Shown: positions 20,221 through 29,859 of the stretch, piece by piece
Position numbering within the stretch: position 1 is the first letter of the stretch
Layout of the letters: each line of letters begins with the position of its first letter
NCBI GenBank assembly: GCA_963664815.2
Contig: CAXXHB010000003.1
Location: forward strand, 4,128,001-4,192,000
From: Spirochaetota bacterium
GTDB lineage: Bacteria > Spirochaetota > UBA4802 > UBA5550
Length of the DNA stretch: 64,000 nucleotides
Direction of reading: 5' to 3'
The notes under the pieces: generated by a model
Database searches by the model: none
Told to the model about the DNA's origin: nothing
The model's input: only the letters and a program-made list of their open reading frames with translations
Program-made: the position numbers and the translations under genes

Positions 20221-20243
20221 AAGCCCCGATAAAATCGGGGCTT
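20221..20243 (-). terminator. Terminator of the tRNA operon
   Basis: AAGCCCCGAT-AAA-ATCGGGGCTT; A-rich flank on + gives a U tail on -. Confidence 0.8.
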
Positions 20244-20247
20244 AATG

Positions 20248-20321
20248 CGCGTCTGGAGGGATTCGAACCCCCGACAAACGGATTCGTAGTCCGCTACTCT
20301 ATCCAGCTGAGCTACAGACGC
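20248..20321 (-). tRNA. tRNA-Arg(ACG)
   Basis: Reverse complement GCGTCTGTAGCTCAGCTGGATAGAG...GCGGACTACGAATCCGT...GGTTCGAATCC...CAGACGCG; CCA not encoded. Confidence 0.96.
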
Positions 20322-20324
20322 ATT

Positions 20325-20744
20325 TTATATATTCAGTTTAGAAGTATATTCAGAGATATATTTGCCGATATGAGGAAACTCGTTCTTTTCGTGACTGATG
20401 ATCATCTTTGTCCCCAGATAAGCAATAGCAGCATAAATAATATATAGGATGTAAATAAATATAACAATCATAAATTTTAAAACATCAGCATGTACCGAAA
20501 CAAAAAAAAGTAAAAAATAAAGAAAAGTGCACACTCCTGTAAAGAATACCGCCAGTACAAATCCCTGCTTTGCATGGTACATATAAAATTCGTCATCCTT
20601 TTTTTTAATCATAGGGATAAACCATCCGATAAACGGAAAATATGACAGCAACAGGGGATCAAAGGTTTTTATATGATCGTTGTATATTTTCAGGGAGATA
20701 TCTTTAATTTTATTTATGATTTCTTTAATTTTTATGGAGTTCAT
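20325..20744 (-). CDS. Membrane protein (DUF4870-like)
   Basis: LSY.PFIGW.IP......DEF..YHAKQG motif; three TM segments. Confidence 0.75.
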   Translation of the reverse strand: MNSIKIKEIINKIKDISLKIYNDHIKTFDPLLLSYFPFIGWFIPMIKKKDDEFYMYHAKQGFVLAVFFTGVCTFLYFLLFFVSVHADVLKFMIVIFIYILYIIYAAIAYLGTKMIISHEKNEFPHIGKYISEYTSKLNI

Positions 20745-20762
20745 ATTCTTTTTTTACTTATC

Positions 20763-20848
20763 CGGAGAAGGGGGGATTCGAACCCCCGGTACCTAAACGA
20801 TACAATTGCTTAGCAGGCAACCCCCTTCGGCCACTCGGGCACCTCTCC
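20763..20848 (-). tRNA. tRNA-Ser(GCT)
   Basis: GGAGAGGTGCCCGAGTGGCCGAAGG...GTTGCCTGCTAAGCAAT, long variable arm, GGTTCGAATCC; CCA not encoded. Confidence 0.95.
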
Positions 20849-20887
20849 TGGTTCAGTATCTTTTTCTGGTTTTAAGGGAAAAAAATT

Positions 20888-20971
20888 CGGAGAGTGAGGG
20901 ATTCGAACCCCCGGGGCTATTAACCCAACGGTTTTCAAGACCGCCTCCATAGACCACTCGAACAACTCTCC
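20888..20971 (-). tRNA. tRNA-Ser(TGA)
   Basis: GGAGAGTTGTTCGAGTGGT...GCGGTCTTGAAAACCGT, variable arm, GGTTCGAATCC; CCA not encoded. Confidence 0.93.
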
Positions 20972-20978
20972 GGGAGCA

Positions 20979-21006
20979 AATCTATTTAAATTCAGTTTTG
21001 TGTCAA
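20979..21006 (-). promoter_or_regulatory. Putative sigma70 promoter of the tRNA operon
   Basis: On -: TTGACA-16 nt-TAGATT just upstream of tRNA-Ser(TGA). Confidence 0.5.
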
Positions 21007-21234
21007 ATAAAAAATTTAGTTTACGTTTTTTTATAAAGGTGGCACAAAACTCCACCATTATAACTAATCAAACTCAATTCTGCGCAGATTAGTTATAAAT
21101 GTCAGAATAATAGTCCTTTAACCGCACGATTGTATCTATCAGAAAAGCTGATGAAAATTTGATATTAAAAAAAAGAAGCACGACAATAGCCGTGAGAGAG
21201 TCTATGAGTAATCACATAATCAGAATTAATCCAA

Positions 21235-22152
<918 letters not shown>

Positions 22153-22521
22153 TTACAGCACAAGTCATTTTTAATCTGTATTTATGTATAAGGTATTCTG
22201 ACTTAATCTTATGAATCATTAAATCCTGTTCAAAATTATCTTTACATTTTATTAATCAAAATTTTATATTTTATTACTAATTACCACTTTTAATAAGTTT
22301 AATGATAAAGAATTATTTCAATATCATACATTATAATTGTTTCCGAACTGGCGTTTGTGACTCTCAAGAAATCTTGAGGAGGGCTTTTTTAGGGGCTCTG
22401 CCCCTTATACCTGGTAAAAAATCGGAAAAGGAAACCAGTTTATTATAAAAAAGTTAAAGAATAAATGATGAAATTTTATTATCTTAATATATAACCTGCA
22501 CACAGGCAATCCGGAGGTATC

Positions 22522-23898
22522 ATGGTAAAGTTTGACGGATACGATGACGTTATTGAACGTGTATACAGATTTAATCAGGATCATGTATTTCAGTATTGGG
22601 ATAAGCTTCTCGACTCCGAGAAAACTGAACTGCTTGAAGACCTTTCAGTAATTAACTTCCAGCTGCTTAAACAGATATACTCCCACACTGAGGACGAAGA
22701 AAAAACTGAATTTTTACCTGCACCATTTATTCCTCTACCTGTAAATGAAACCGATAAAAAAATATTCAGAGAAGCGGAGGGGAGAGGAATCGCCCACATA
22801 AAAGATGGAAAAGTTGCCGCATTTCTTGTTGCCGGCGGACAGGGCTCCAGGCTTGGTTTTGACGGACCTAAAGGGAAATTTCCCATAGGACCCGTCTCAG
22901 GAAAAACACTTTTTCACTTTCACGCGGAGAAAATCAAAGCGTCCGAAAAAAAATATGGCACATCAATCCCGTTTCTTGTAATGACTTCACGGGATAATCA
23001 CACTGATACAGAAATCTTTTTTAAAAAACAGAATTTCTTCGGACTTGACCCGGCAAACGTGCATCTTTTCCCGCAGAATATGATACCATCGCTTGACCTC
23101 GATGGAAAACTGATACTCTCTGAGACAAACAGAATATTCATGAATCCCGACGGCCATGGAGGAAGCCTCACTGCCCTCAGAACATCCGGCGCGTTGAGAA
23201 AGCTTCAGGAACTGAAAATCGAAACTCTATCATATTTCCAGGTTGACAACCCACTTGTCAAAATTGTTGACCCGGTGTTCATAGGCTTCCATGTATTGAA
23301 CCAGGCCGATATTTCAAGCAAGGCACTGAAAAAACTTTATCCTGAGGAGAAAACCGGAATCTTTGTCCAGTTTTCAAACTCCACTCTGGGGATAGTCGAG
23401 TATTCTGACATGCCGGAGGAGAAATTAAATGCCAGAGATTCAAGAGGAGACATTCTATATTCAGCGGCAAATCCTGCCATACATCTATTCAGCATATCAT
23501 TTATTTCAGAGCTTACCGACTCAGGGAGCATCTCGCTTCCATTCCATATCGCGAAGAAAAAGATTACAGCCATGGTAGACGGAAAACACAGCGACATATT
23601 CGGTTATAAATTTGAAAAATTTGTGTTTGACGCACTCCCTCTATCAGCAAAAAATGTAATTCTTGAAGTATTAAGAGAAGAAGAGTTTGCTCCAGTTAAA
23701 AATGCTTCCGGGCAGGATTCTGCGGAATCGGCGAAGGAACTGATGACAGCCCTCATCAGGAAGTGGCTGGCGACAAAAGGAATTACCATTCCAGACAGAG
23801 TTAAAGAGATAGAAATATCACCCCTGACTGCCCTTTCACCTGATGATCTCCCGGATAATATTGAAATACCAGACAGGGAAAAAGTTTTGATTACATAA
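22522..23898 (+). CDS. UDP-N-acetylhexosamine pyrophosphorylase (UAP/UDPGP type-1 family)
   Basis: LVAGGQGSRLG..GPKG, PDGHGG, QVDNPL, VEYSD, KFEKFVFD, EFAPVKNA. Confidence 0.92.
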   Translation: MVKFDGYDDVIERVYRFNQDHVFQYWDKLLDSEKTELLEDLSVINFQLLKQIYSHTEDEEKTEFLPAPFIPLPVNETDKKIFREAEGRGIAHIKDGKVAAFLVAGGQGSRLGFDGPKGKFPIGPVSGKTLFHFHAEKIKASEKKYGTSIPFLVMTSRDNHTDTEIFFKKQNFFGLDPANVHLFPQNMIPSLDLDGKLILSETNRIFMNPDGHGGSLTALRTSGALRKLQELKIETLSYFQVDNPLVKIVDPVFIGFHVLNQADISSKALKKLYPEEKTGIFVQFSNSTLGIVEYSDMPEEKLNARDSRGDILYSAANPAIHLFSISFISELTDSGSISLPFHIAKKKITAMVDGKHSDIFGYKFEKFVFDALPLSAKNVILEVLREEEFAPVKNASGQDSAESAKELMTALIRKWLATKGITIPDRVKEIEISPLTALSPDDLPDNIEIPDREKVLIT

Positions 23899-24084
23899 CA
23901 TGAGTTTACTATTGAAAACATTTCTGTTTATTAAATGCACTTACTCACATTCAAAGCAGGTACGAATAAACCGGATGACCAATTCTGATTTATTAAAAAA
24001 TACAATGCCTTCCCTGCATCTATAGAAGACTTTTCAGTTTATAAAAATAAGCTGGATATAGAAGATCAGGAAGCAAGAGGTTAT

Positions 24085-24654
24085 ATGTCATACGTTACAA
24101 TTCTCGGTATTTCGGCAGGGCTGGCTATGGACGCTTTCGCTGTTTCAATATCCTATGGCTGTACACCTAAAAATGTTCCGCTGAAACATATACTTTTAAT
24201 TTCACTGTCTTTCGGGGCTTTCCAGGCTTTTATGCCCGTTATAGGCTGGCAGGCGGGGAGATTTTTCACCGACATGATTAAAGACTATGACCACTGGCTT
24301 GCCTTCGCCCTGCTTGCGTATATTGGGACAAGAATGATACTTGAGGGAATAAAAAGCAGTGAAAGCAACGACTCCTGCACCGATATCAACGAGCAAAGCC
24401 TCGACATCAAAAAGCTCTTTATACTTTCAGTTGCGACCAGTATTGACGCCCTTGCTGTAGGGTTAAGTTTTTCGCTGCTTGGTTATGAAATTATAACACC
24501 CGCTGCAATAATCGGCATTACAACATTTGTTTTCAGCTACATCGGGGTGAAGATGGGATGCAGACTACAGAAAATTCTCGGGAAGAGGGTTGAGGTATTC
24601 GGCGGAGTTATTCTTATCCTTATCGGAGTAAAAATTATTCTGGAGCATATGTAG
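24085..24654 (+). CDS. mntP: Manganese efflux pump MntP
   Basis: LAMDAFAVS, FG.FQ..MP, DHW.AF, ATSIDALAVG. Confidence 0.92.
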   Translation: MSYVTILGISAGLAMDAFAVSISYGCTPKNVPLKHILLISLSFGAFQAFMPVIGWQAGRFFTDMIKDYDHWLAFALLAYIGTRMILEGIKSSESNDSCTDINEQSLDIKKLFILSVATSIDALAVGLSFSLLGYEIITPAAIIGITTFVFSYIGVKMGCRLQKILGKRVEVFGGVILILIGVKIILEHM

Positions 24655-24776
24655 CGATCTATCTCTTTCTACATCTCATTCATATCTCCTTTTTGTATCT
24701 CCTTTTTTCTTACTTGCGTGTTCACAATTTGAACAAATCGTGACCGAAATTTTATAAAGGTTATTTTAATAATTCA

Positions 24777-25592
24777 TTATCGATTTGATGGATAGCGGAA
24801 TAATGGAAGTGTTCCGGTTAGACGATCTCTGAATGACATTTTACCTTTAAACGGAATCCTTTCCCCCAGCGGAATTTCATCCTTTCTTATGCTCAGATGG
24901 GCCGGGTAAAGAAATCTGAAGTTCATCTCCATCAGCCTGTGCGCCGATTCAACCTGTAACTTTCTGTCGTAAAACACCGGCATTACACCAACTGTGTTGT
25001 ATCCGAACATTGAAAGACCGCATCCTGAAAATAGCGACATATTCCTTCTGTATAAAAATGAAGTATGACCGGGAGTATGACCGGGAGTATGTATAAATTC
25101 AATTTCCCAGTCATTCAGCGGACTCTCCTTCATTATTCCGGATAGTTTTACAATTTCGAAATTATCTCCGGATGGAAACATTCCCGGCTTGTGATAAACA
25201 GGGAAACCCAGAGCCGGATGTGATTTTAAAAACTGTCCCCTCTGCTTCATAAAAATCACTGCATCAGCTTCATGCATAAAAATTTTTACAGGACCTCCTC
25301 CGCTCTTCAGGACAAGTGAAATGAGCTCAGCCACACTTCCCGTATGATCCCCATGCCAGTGAGTCAGGGCTATCCCCTTTATATCAGCAGGATTCAATCC
25401 CTGTTTTTTAATAGAATCAAAAATAATCCTGCCACTACCCGGGCCGCAGGTATCAATAACAAGAATACCATGAATGTCATCGTGCTTTAAAATAAATGAA
25501 CGGGTCGGCACTGCCGATACATGCTTAAGCCATGTACCCCGAACAGAATATATCCCTTCATCAAGTTTTATCGTTTTATATATATCCTTCAT
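24777..25592 (-). CDS. MBL-fold metallo-hydrolase
   Basis: LVIDT, THWHGDH (HxHxDH), HTPGHTPGH; start MKDIY after GGAGGAG. Confidence 0.88.
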   Translation of the reverse strand: MKDIYKTIKLDEGIYSVRGTWLKHVSAVPTRSFILKHDDIHGILVIDTCGPGSGRIIFDSIKKQGLNPADIKGIALTHWHGDHTGSVAELISLVLKSGGGPVKIFMHEADAVIFMKQRGQFLKSHPALGFPVYHKPGMFPSGDNFEIVKLSGIMKESPLNDWEIEFIHTPGHTPGHTSFLYRRNMSLFSGCGLSMFGYNTVGVMPVFYDRKLQVESAHRLMEMNFRFLYPAHLSIRKDEIPLGERIPFKGKMSFRDRLTGTLPLFRYPSNR

Positions 25593-25751
25593 GGCATTCT
25601 CCTCCGGATACATTCATCGGACTGCAAATCAGCAGTCAAGAACGTTTTAAAAAATGGAAGTTCCATAAATTTACTCCATTTTTATATTAATAAAATTGTG
25701 GAAATATAATATCCGGTTATTAATGTCTGGTTAAAAATCGTGAGAGTTGCC

Positions 25752-26141
25752 ATGAAAAGACAGAAAATTAAGATTCTCCCCGGAGATTATACTATGCTTA
25801 AACTTCCCTCAGGATCACATGTTCCGGAGTGGGTCGATAAAGACAGATTTTACAGCATAACAGATACAGGGGAGGAGATGTCAGTAATATGCGCAGGAGA
25901 GGGAACACCGGAGAAATACCCACATGAATGCAGTCTGAAAATATTTAAAATTGATTCCGAGCTTGCATTCAGCTTAACCGGCATAATCCATTCCGTCGTT
26001 GCTCCTCTTGCTGAAAAAAATATACCACTATTTACTGTTTCAACTTTCAGTACCGATTATTTCTTTATTAAAATGGAACATGCAAACAAAGCTGTTGAGG
26101 CTCTTGAGCCTTTTCATGACATTGATTATTACGGATGGTAA
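25752..26141 (+). CDS. ACT-domain protein (ACT_7-like)
   Basis: SIT.T.EEMSVIC, F.LTGII..V..PLAE.NI..F.VSTF.TDY. Confidence 0.85.
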   Translation: MKRQKIKILPGDYTMLKLPSGSHVPEWVDKDRFYSITDTGEEMSVICAGEGTPEKYPHECSLKIFKIDSELAFSLTGIIHSVVAPLAEKNIPLFTVSTFSTDYFFIKMEHANKAVEALEPFHDIDYYGW

Positions 26142-26161
26142 CTCTTTCGATGCCCGCGTCT

Positions 26162-26450
26162 TCAAACAGGTTCAGAAGAATTTATTCCCGAATAGATGCA
26201 TGGCTTGAGCGGGTATTTGGCGTAATACTGATATTTTTTGCCGTACGCGTCGATAAAGCAGCTCTTGAATAACATTTCTAAATTTTGTAACCAGTATACC
26301 TCCGTAAATATTTTTACATTCTGGCTGTTTGTTATCACATCACCACTTATTGAACAGAGTTTTATATTAAAATACGCTTTTATTCTTCCAAAAATCTCAA
26401 CCGTACCAAAAAGGTCAAGTGTTTCGAAACAGTCAAACAAAACAGATTGG
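26162..26450 (-). pseudogene. Fragment of a DJ-1/PfpI-family gene
   Basis: VLFDCFETLDLFGTVEIFG...SQNVKI matches the DJ-1/PfpI N-terminus; the rest (PGG loop, nucleophile Cys) and a proper start are missing. Confidence 0.55.
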
Positions 26451-26719
26451 TTTCCTGCTTGATTTAACCTGATAAAATAAACAGATTGTATAAATAATGA
26501 CATTTAAATTGTGTATATGTACCTTCCAGAATTAGTTAATGACTATCACAATAACAAAGTAATTATTTTTAATAATACAGATGGAACCTCCACGGTCTTT
26601 TAAAGGTCTAAAGATTCAGATTGTTTTAATCAGTTTTACTTTCTTAAGAACTGATCACTGATAATGCTTAAAATCAGGTAGCTGCATCTGAATAATATCC
26701 TTTAAACTGAGGAGATTTT

Positions 26720-28411
26720 ATGAAAAAAAACATTAAACTTTTTATATTTTTAGCGACTTTTCTCCTTTTGTCTGCATGCAGCGGTTCATCTGGAGAATCA
26801 GATACTGCAGCTTCCTCTTCATCTTCATCTTCATCTTCATCTTCATCGTCCTCTATAGATTCTTCATCCTATGCAGTATCCGTAGCAAACACAGCCAATA
26901 CATACAATACTGCTGATATTGTCAGCAATACAACCTTCAATTATACCATATATATCGATTTCACTGCTAACACAGTAAAACTTTCCACAGATTCCTCACA
27001 GACTTTATCTGCTACAGCCGTAACTGTTTTAACTGTAGACAGCACAACTGTTACTGTCAGCAAATCCACTACCGGAATTGTAACAATCGCTTCAACAGTT
27101 GCCTCTCCGGTTAAATATGTTCTATCAGGAACACTTACAGGAACGCTTAAGGTATCAAGCAGCAGCGATTCATATCAGTTATATCTTAACGGCCTGACAA
27201 TAAATGGATCGACTATCGGGCCTGCTGTTGATTTAGAAACAACTCAGAAAGTATTTATTGTCACGGCAGATGGAACTTCCAACATTTTAAGCGACACATC
27301 CACCCGCAATACAATAACAAAAAAAGCTGCATTGTATGGAACAGGTACAATGATCTTCAGCGGTACAGGGAATCTTTCTGTTTCCGGTAATTATAAACAT
27401 GGAATTTTCAGCAATGATTATATCCGCATCTGTGAAGGTACTATAAGTGTTTCTGTTACTGCAAAAGATGCAATACGTTCTGTAAATGGATTCATTTTTG
27501 ATTATGGGACACTTACAATAACAGCAACAGGAACCACAGTTGATGACGAGAGTAAAGGAATTAAAGTTGAGGGTATAGACAGTGCCGCTGGTCAGGATAA
27601 AGGATATATTGTTATAAATGGAGGAAATATTACCATCACCTCAGTGAGCAAGGGAATAACAGCTTCATGGGATATAGATGAAGACACAACAACCTATGCC
27701 GATGGAAATCCCGACCCTTTTGTTATAATAAACAATGGTATTATAACAATTACTACGACCGGAACTGTTTATGAATATACATCTGGTAATACCACATACA
27801 GCTGCAGTCCTGAAGGCATTGAAGGGAAGTCAAACCTTACTATTAATAGCGGATATTTAACAATAAAAACCTCTGACGACTGTATTAACGCAGGAGATTC
27901 TGTTGCCATCAATGGAGGGTACATATACGCTGCCAGTTCTGATAATGATGCCATTGATTCCAACGGAACGTTAACCATATCCGGCGGCGTTATTGTAGCT
28001 ATCGGCTCCGAAGTGCCTGAAGAGGCTTTTGACTGTGATACAAACACTTTCACTATTACCGGCGGTACCTTTGTGGGAATCGCCGGCGCGACCAGTACGC
28101 CTACTTCAAGTGTATGTACTCAGAACGCAGTAATCCTCGGAAACGGGACAAAAAATGTTACAATGGCGCTTGCAGCAACCGATGGGACAGTGGCTTTTGC
28201 ATTCACAATACCGCAGAATTATTCAACGATGCTGCTTTCTTCTGCTGATATAAAAACCGGATCAAAATACACAATATATAAAGGGGGAACAGCATCCGGA
28301 ACATCTGTTTTCAATGGGCTCTATCTCGGTACCAAGAGCTATTCCGGCGGAACGGCGGGGAGCAGTTTTACAGTATCATCAACATTGACAAAAATTACAA
28401 CAAGTATATAA
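26720..28411 (+). CDS. Lipoprotein with carbohydrate-binding beta-helix (Cthe_2159/DUF4353-like)
   Basis: Lipobox LSAC, poly-Ser linker, YKHGI.S.DY, EGIE.K, DD.INA, DAIDSNG, FDCD motifs. Confidence 0.85.
   Translation: MKKNIKLFIFLATFLLLSACSGSSGESDTAASSSSSSSSSSSSSSIDSSSYAVSVANTANTYNTADIVSNTTFNYTIYIDFTANTVKLSTDSSQTLSATAVTVLTVDSTTVTVSKSTTGIVTIASTVASPVKYVLSGTLTGTLKVSSSSDSYQLYLNGLTINGSTIGPAVDLETTQKVFIVTADGTSNILSDTSTRNTITKKAALYGTGTMIFSGTGNLSVSGNYKHGIFSNDYIRICEGTISVSVTAKDAIRSVNGFIFDYGTLTITATGTTVDDESKGIKVEGIDSAAGQDKGYIVINGGNITITSVSKGITASWDIDEDTTTYADGNPDPFVIINNGIITITTTGTVYEYTSGNTTYSCSPEGIEGKSNLTINSGYLTIKTSDDCINAGDSVAINGGYIYAASSDNDAIDSNGTLTISGGVIVAIGSEVPEEAFDCDTNTFTITGGTFVGIAGATSTPTSSVCTQNAVILGNGTKNVTMALAATDGTVAFAFTIPQNYSTMLLSSADIKTGSKYTIYKGGTASGTSVFNGLYLGTKSYSGGTAGSSFTVSSTLTKITTSI
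26816..26845 (+). repeat. (TCTTCA)5 microsatellite encoding poly-Ser
   Basis: Five perfect hexamer copies. Confidence 0.9.
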
Positions 28412-28560
28412 ATCATAGTTTTAGGAAATAAAGCTTTAACGGCTTAAAATCAAATTTTCTATTCGATCCGGCCGGCAACTGGAAATGGCTGCCGTGCCGG
28501 AAAGAAAAAACTGATAAACCCGGCAAGATAATTATCCTCAATTTTTTACTCAGGTTCTAT

Positions 28561-29595
28561 TTAATTCCACCATGCGTAGTCCTTATATACCATAAATGGA
28601 ACCGGCGTGTCGGCCATGTCACCCATTCTCCAGCGAGGCCCAAGCTGTTCATTCTTATACATGTCATATATGTTTTTTGATAATTTTGCCTTTTCTATTA
28701 TTGAGAGTTTCAGAAAATTTGCAATATTAATGACTTCACGCCTGTTTATCTCGTCATAAATTTTAATACTCTTAATTGTTTTCCCCATTTCAAATTCATA
28801 CTTTTTCATTCCTGACCAGGGGACATCCTCTTTACCATATTCTATTGTGATGGTTTTTGAAGGTGTAACAGAGAGTTTTTGCAGATCGATATCACATTTC
28901 TGATATACTGTTTTCTGCATATTCTCTGTTGTCCCTTCATATGTATAAGTAGTTGCCTCAACTGCCGGAGGTACAGAGCCGATCTCTTTTTTTACTGCAA
29001 CAGGTCTTTTTTTATCATCCCATGTGACTTTTGTTATGTTACCAACACCCATGTTTAGAAGTAGCGAATCAACATTCATATTGGTTTCTTTTATCTCCGT
29101 AAGTTTCCCCTCCTGATCATATGTATAGCTGAAATCTGTCTTTATATTAAACACCCCAAGTACCGGATACGATGTATATCCACGGGCTAAAACTAATACA
29201 GGATTTTCTTTATCATTGTATTGAACAATACGAACGTTTTTCAATACATACCCATCTTTCTCAATATCAAGCTGAACGTTTGCCTGATCAATTGTATTTT
29301 TTCCAGCCAGCAACTGTTCATATTTCTTCGCCATGGCTGTACCGGCAAAAATGTTAGTCTCTGCTTTTTTCTTTTCTTTCTTATCAACAGCCTCCCAGTA
29401 CTCACCGCGGATTTTCAGTTTTCCTGAGTAGGTGTAAATAACTTTATAAGCCGGTTTACCATCTTTTACTGCTTCAATCATTTCGATATCCCCGGTACGG
29501 GTTGTTTTCAAAGCAGGTTTTGAACCAAACGGCATTGCACCAGTAAAAATAAAGGACAAAACAAAAATTAAAGTTAATAATTTAACCCTTCTCAT
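28561..29595 (-). CDS. Hypothetical secreted protein
   Basis: 344-aa ORF, AGGAG RBS, signal-like N-terminus, a few YD-like beta motifs (YTYDQEGKLTE). Confidence 0.75.
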   Translation of the reverse strand: MRRVKLLTLIFVLSFIFTGAMPFGSKPALKTTRTGDIEMIEAVKDGKPAYKVIYTYSGKLKIRGEYWEAVDKKEKKKAETNIFAGTAMAKKYEQLLAGKNTIDQANVQLDIEKDGYVLKNVRIVQYNDKENPVLVLARGYTSYPVLGVFNIKTDFSYTYDQEGKLTEIKETNMNVDSLLLNMGVGNITKVTWDDKKRPVAVKKEIGSVPPAVEATTYTYEGTTENMQKTVYQKCDIDLQKLSVTPSKTITIEYGKEDVPWSGMKKYEFEMGKTIKSIKIYDEINRREVINIANFLKLSIIEKAKLSKNIYDMYKNEQLGPRWRMGDMADTPVPFMVYKDYAWWN

Positions 29596-29859
29596 ATTAA
29601 AAACTCCTTATGTTTGAACATGATACCATAAATAATTAAAACGTGACAATAATCTGTCAATAAAGTTAATCCTGTTATATTAAACTGATGATCTTTTCTG
29701 AAATTAATCTTTGCTGATAGTATAAATTTTAATCCCTTCATAAGACTTGTTTACATTATATATTCTTAATCTGCTTTACAGGACACCGGCTGATCCATCA
29801 TCTGATTCAATAAGAAATTTTTTATATTAAGTAAATCTTTCACGGTTACTGATAACGAA

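Noticed and set aside
20810-21058. 82-aa ORF on the - strand
   Set aside because: It overlaps two tRNA-Ser genes; spurious
22411-22440. TCGGAAAAGGAAACCAG resembles SRP RNA helix 8
   Set aside because: Lacks the conserved CAGG..CCG-GNRA-GGAAGCAG pairing
25063-25091. Tandem GTATGACCGGGA-like repeat
   Set aside because: It simply encodes the standard HTPGHTPGH motif of MBL hydrolases
28468-28510. GC hairpin between convergent genes
   Set aside because: The A run follows the hairpin on +, so neither strand has a proper U tail; not called a terminator
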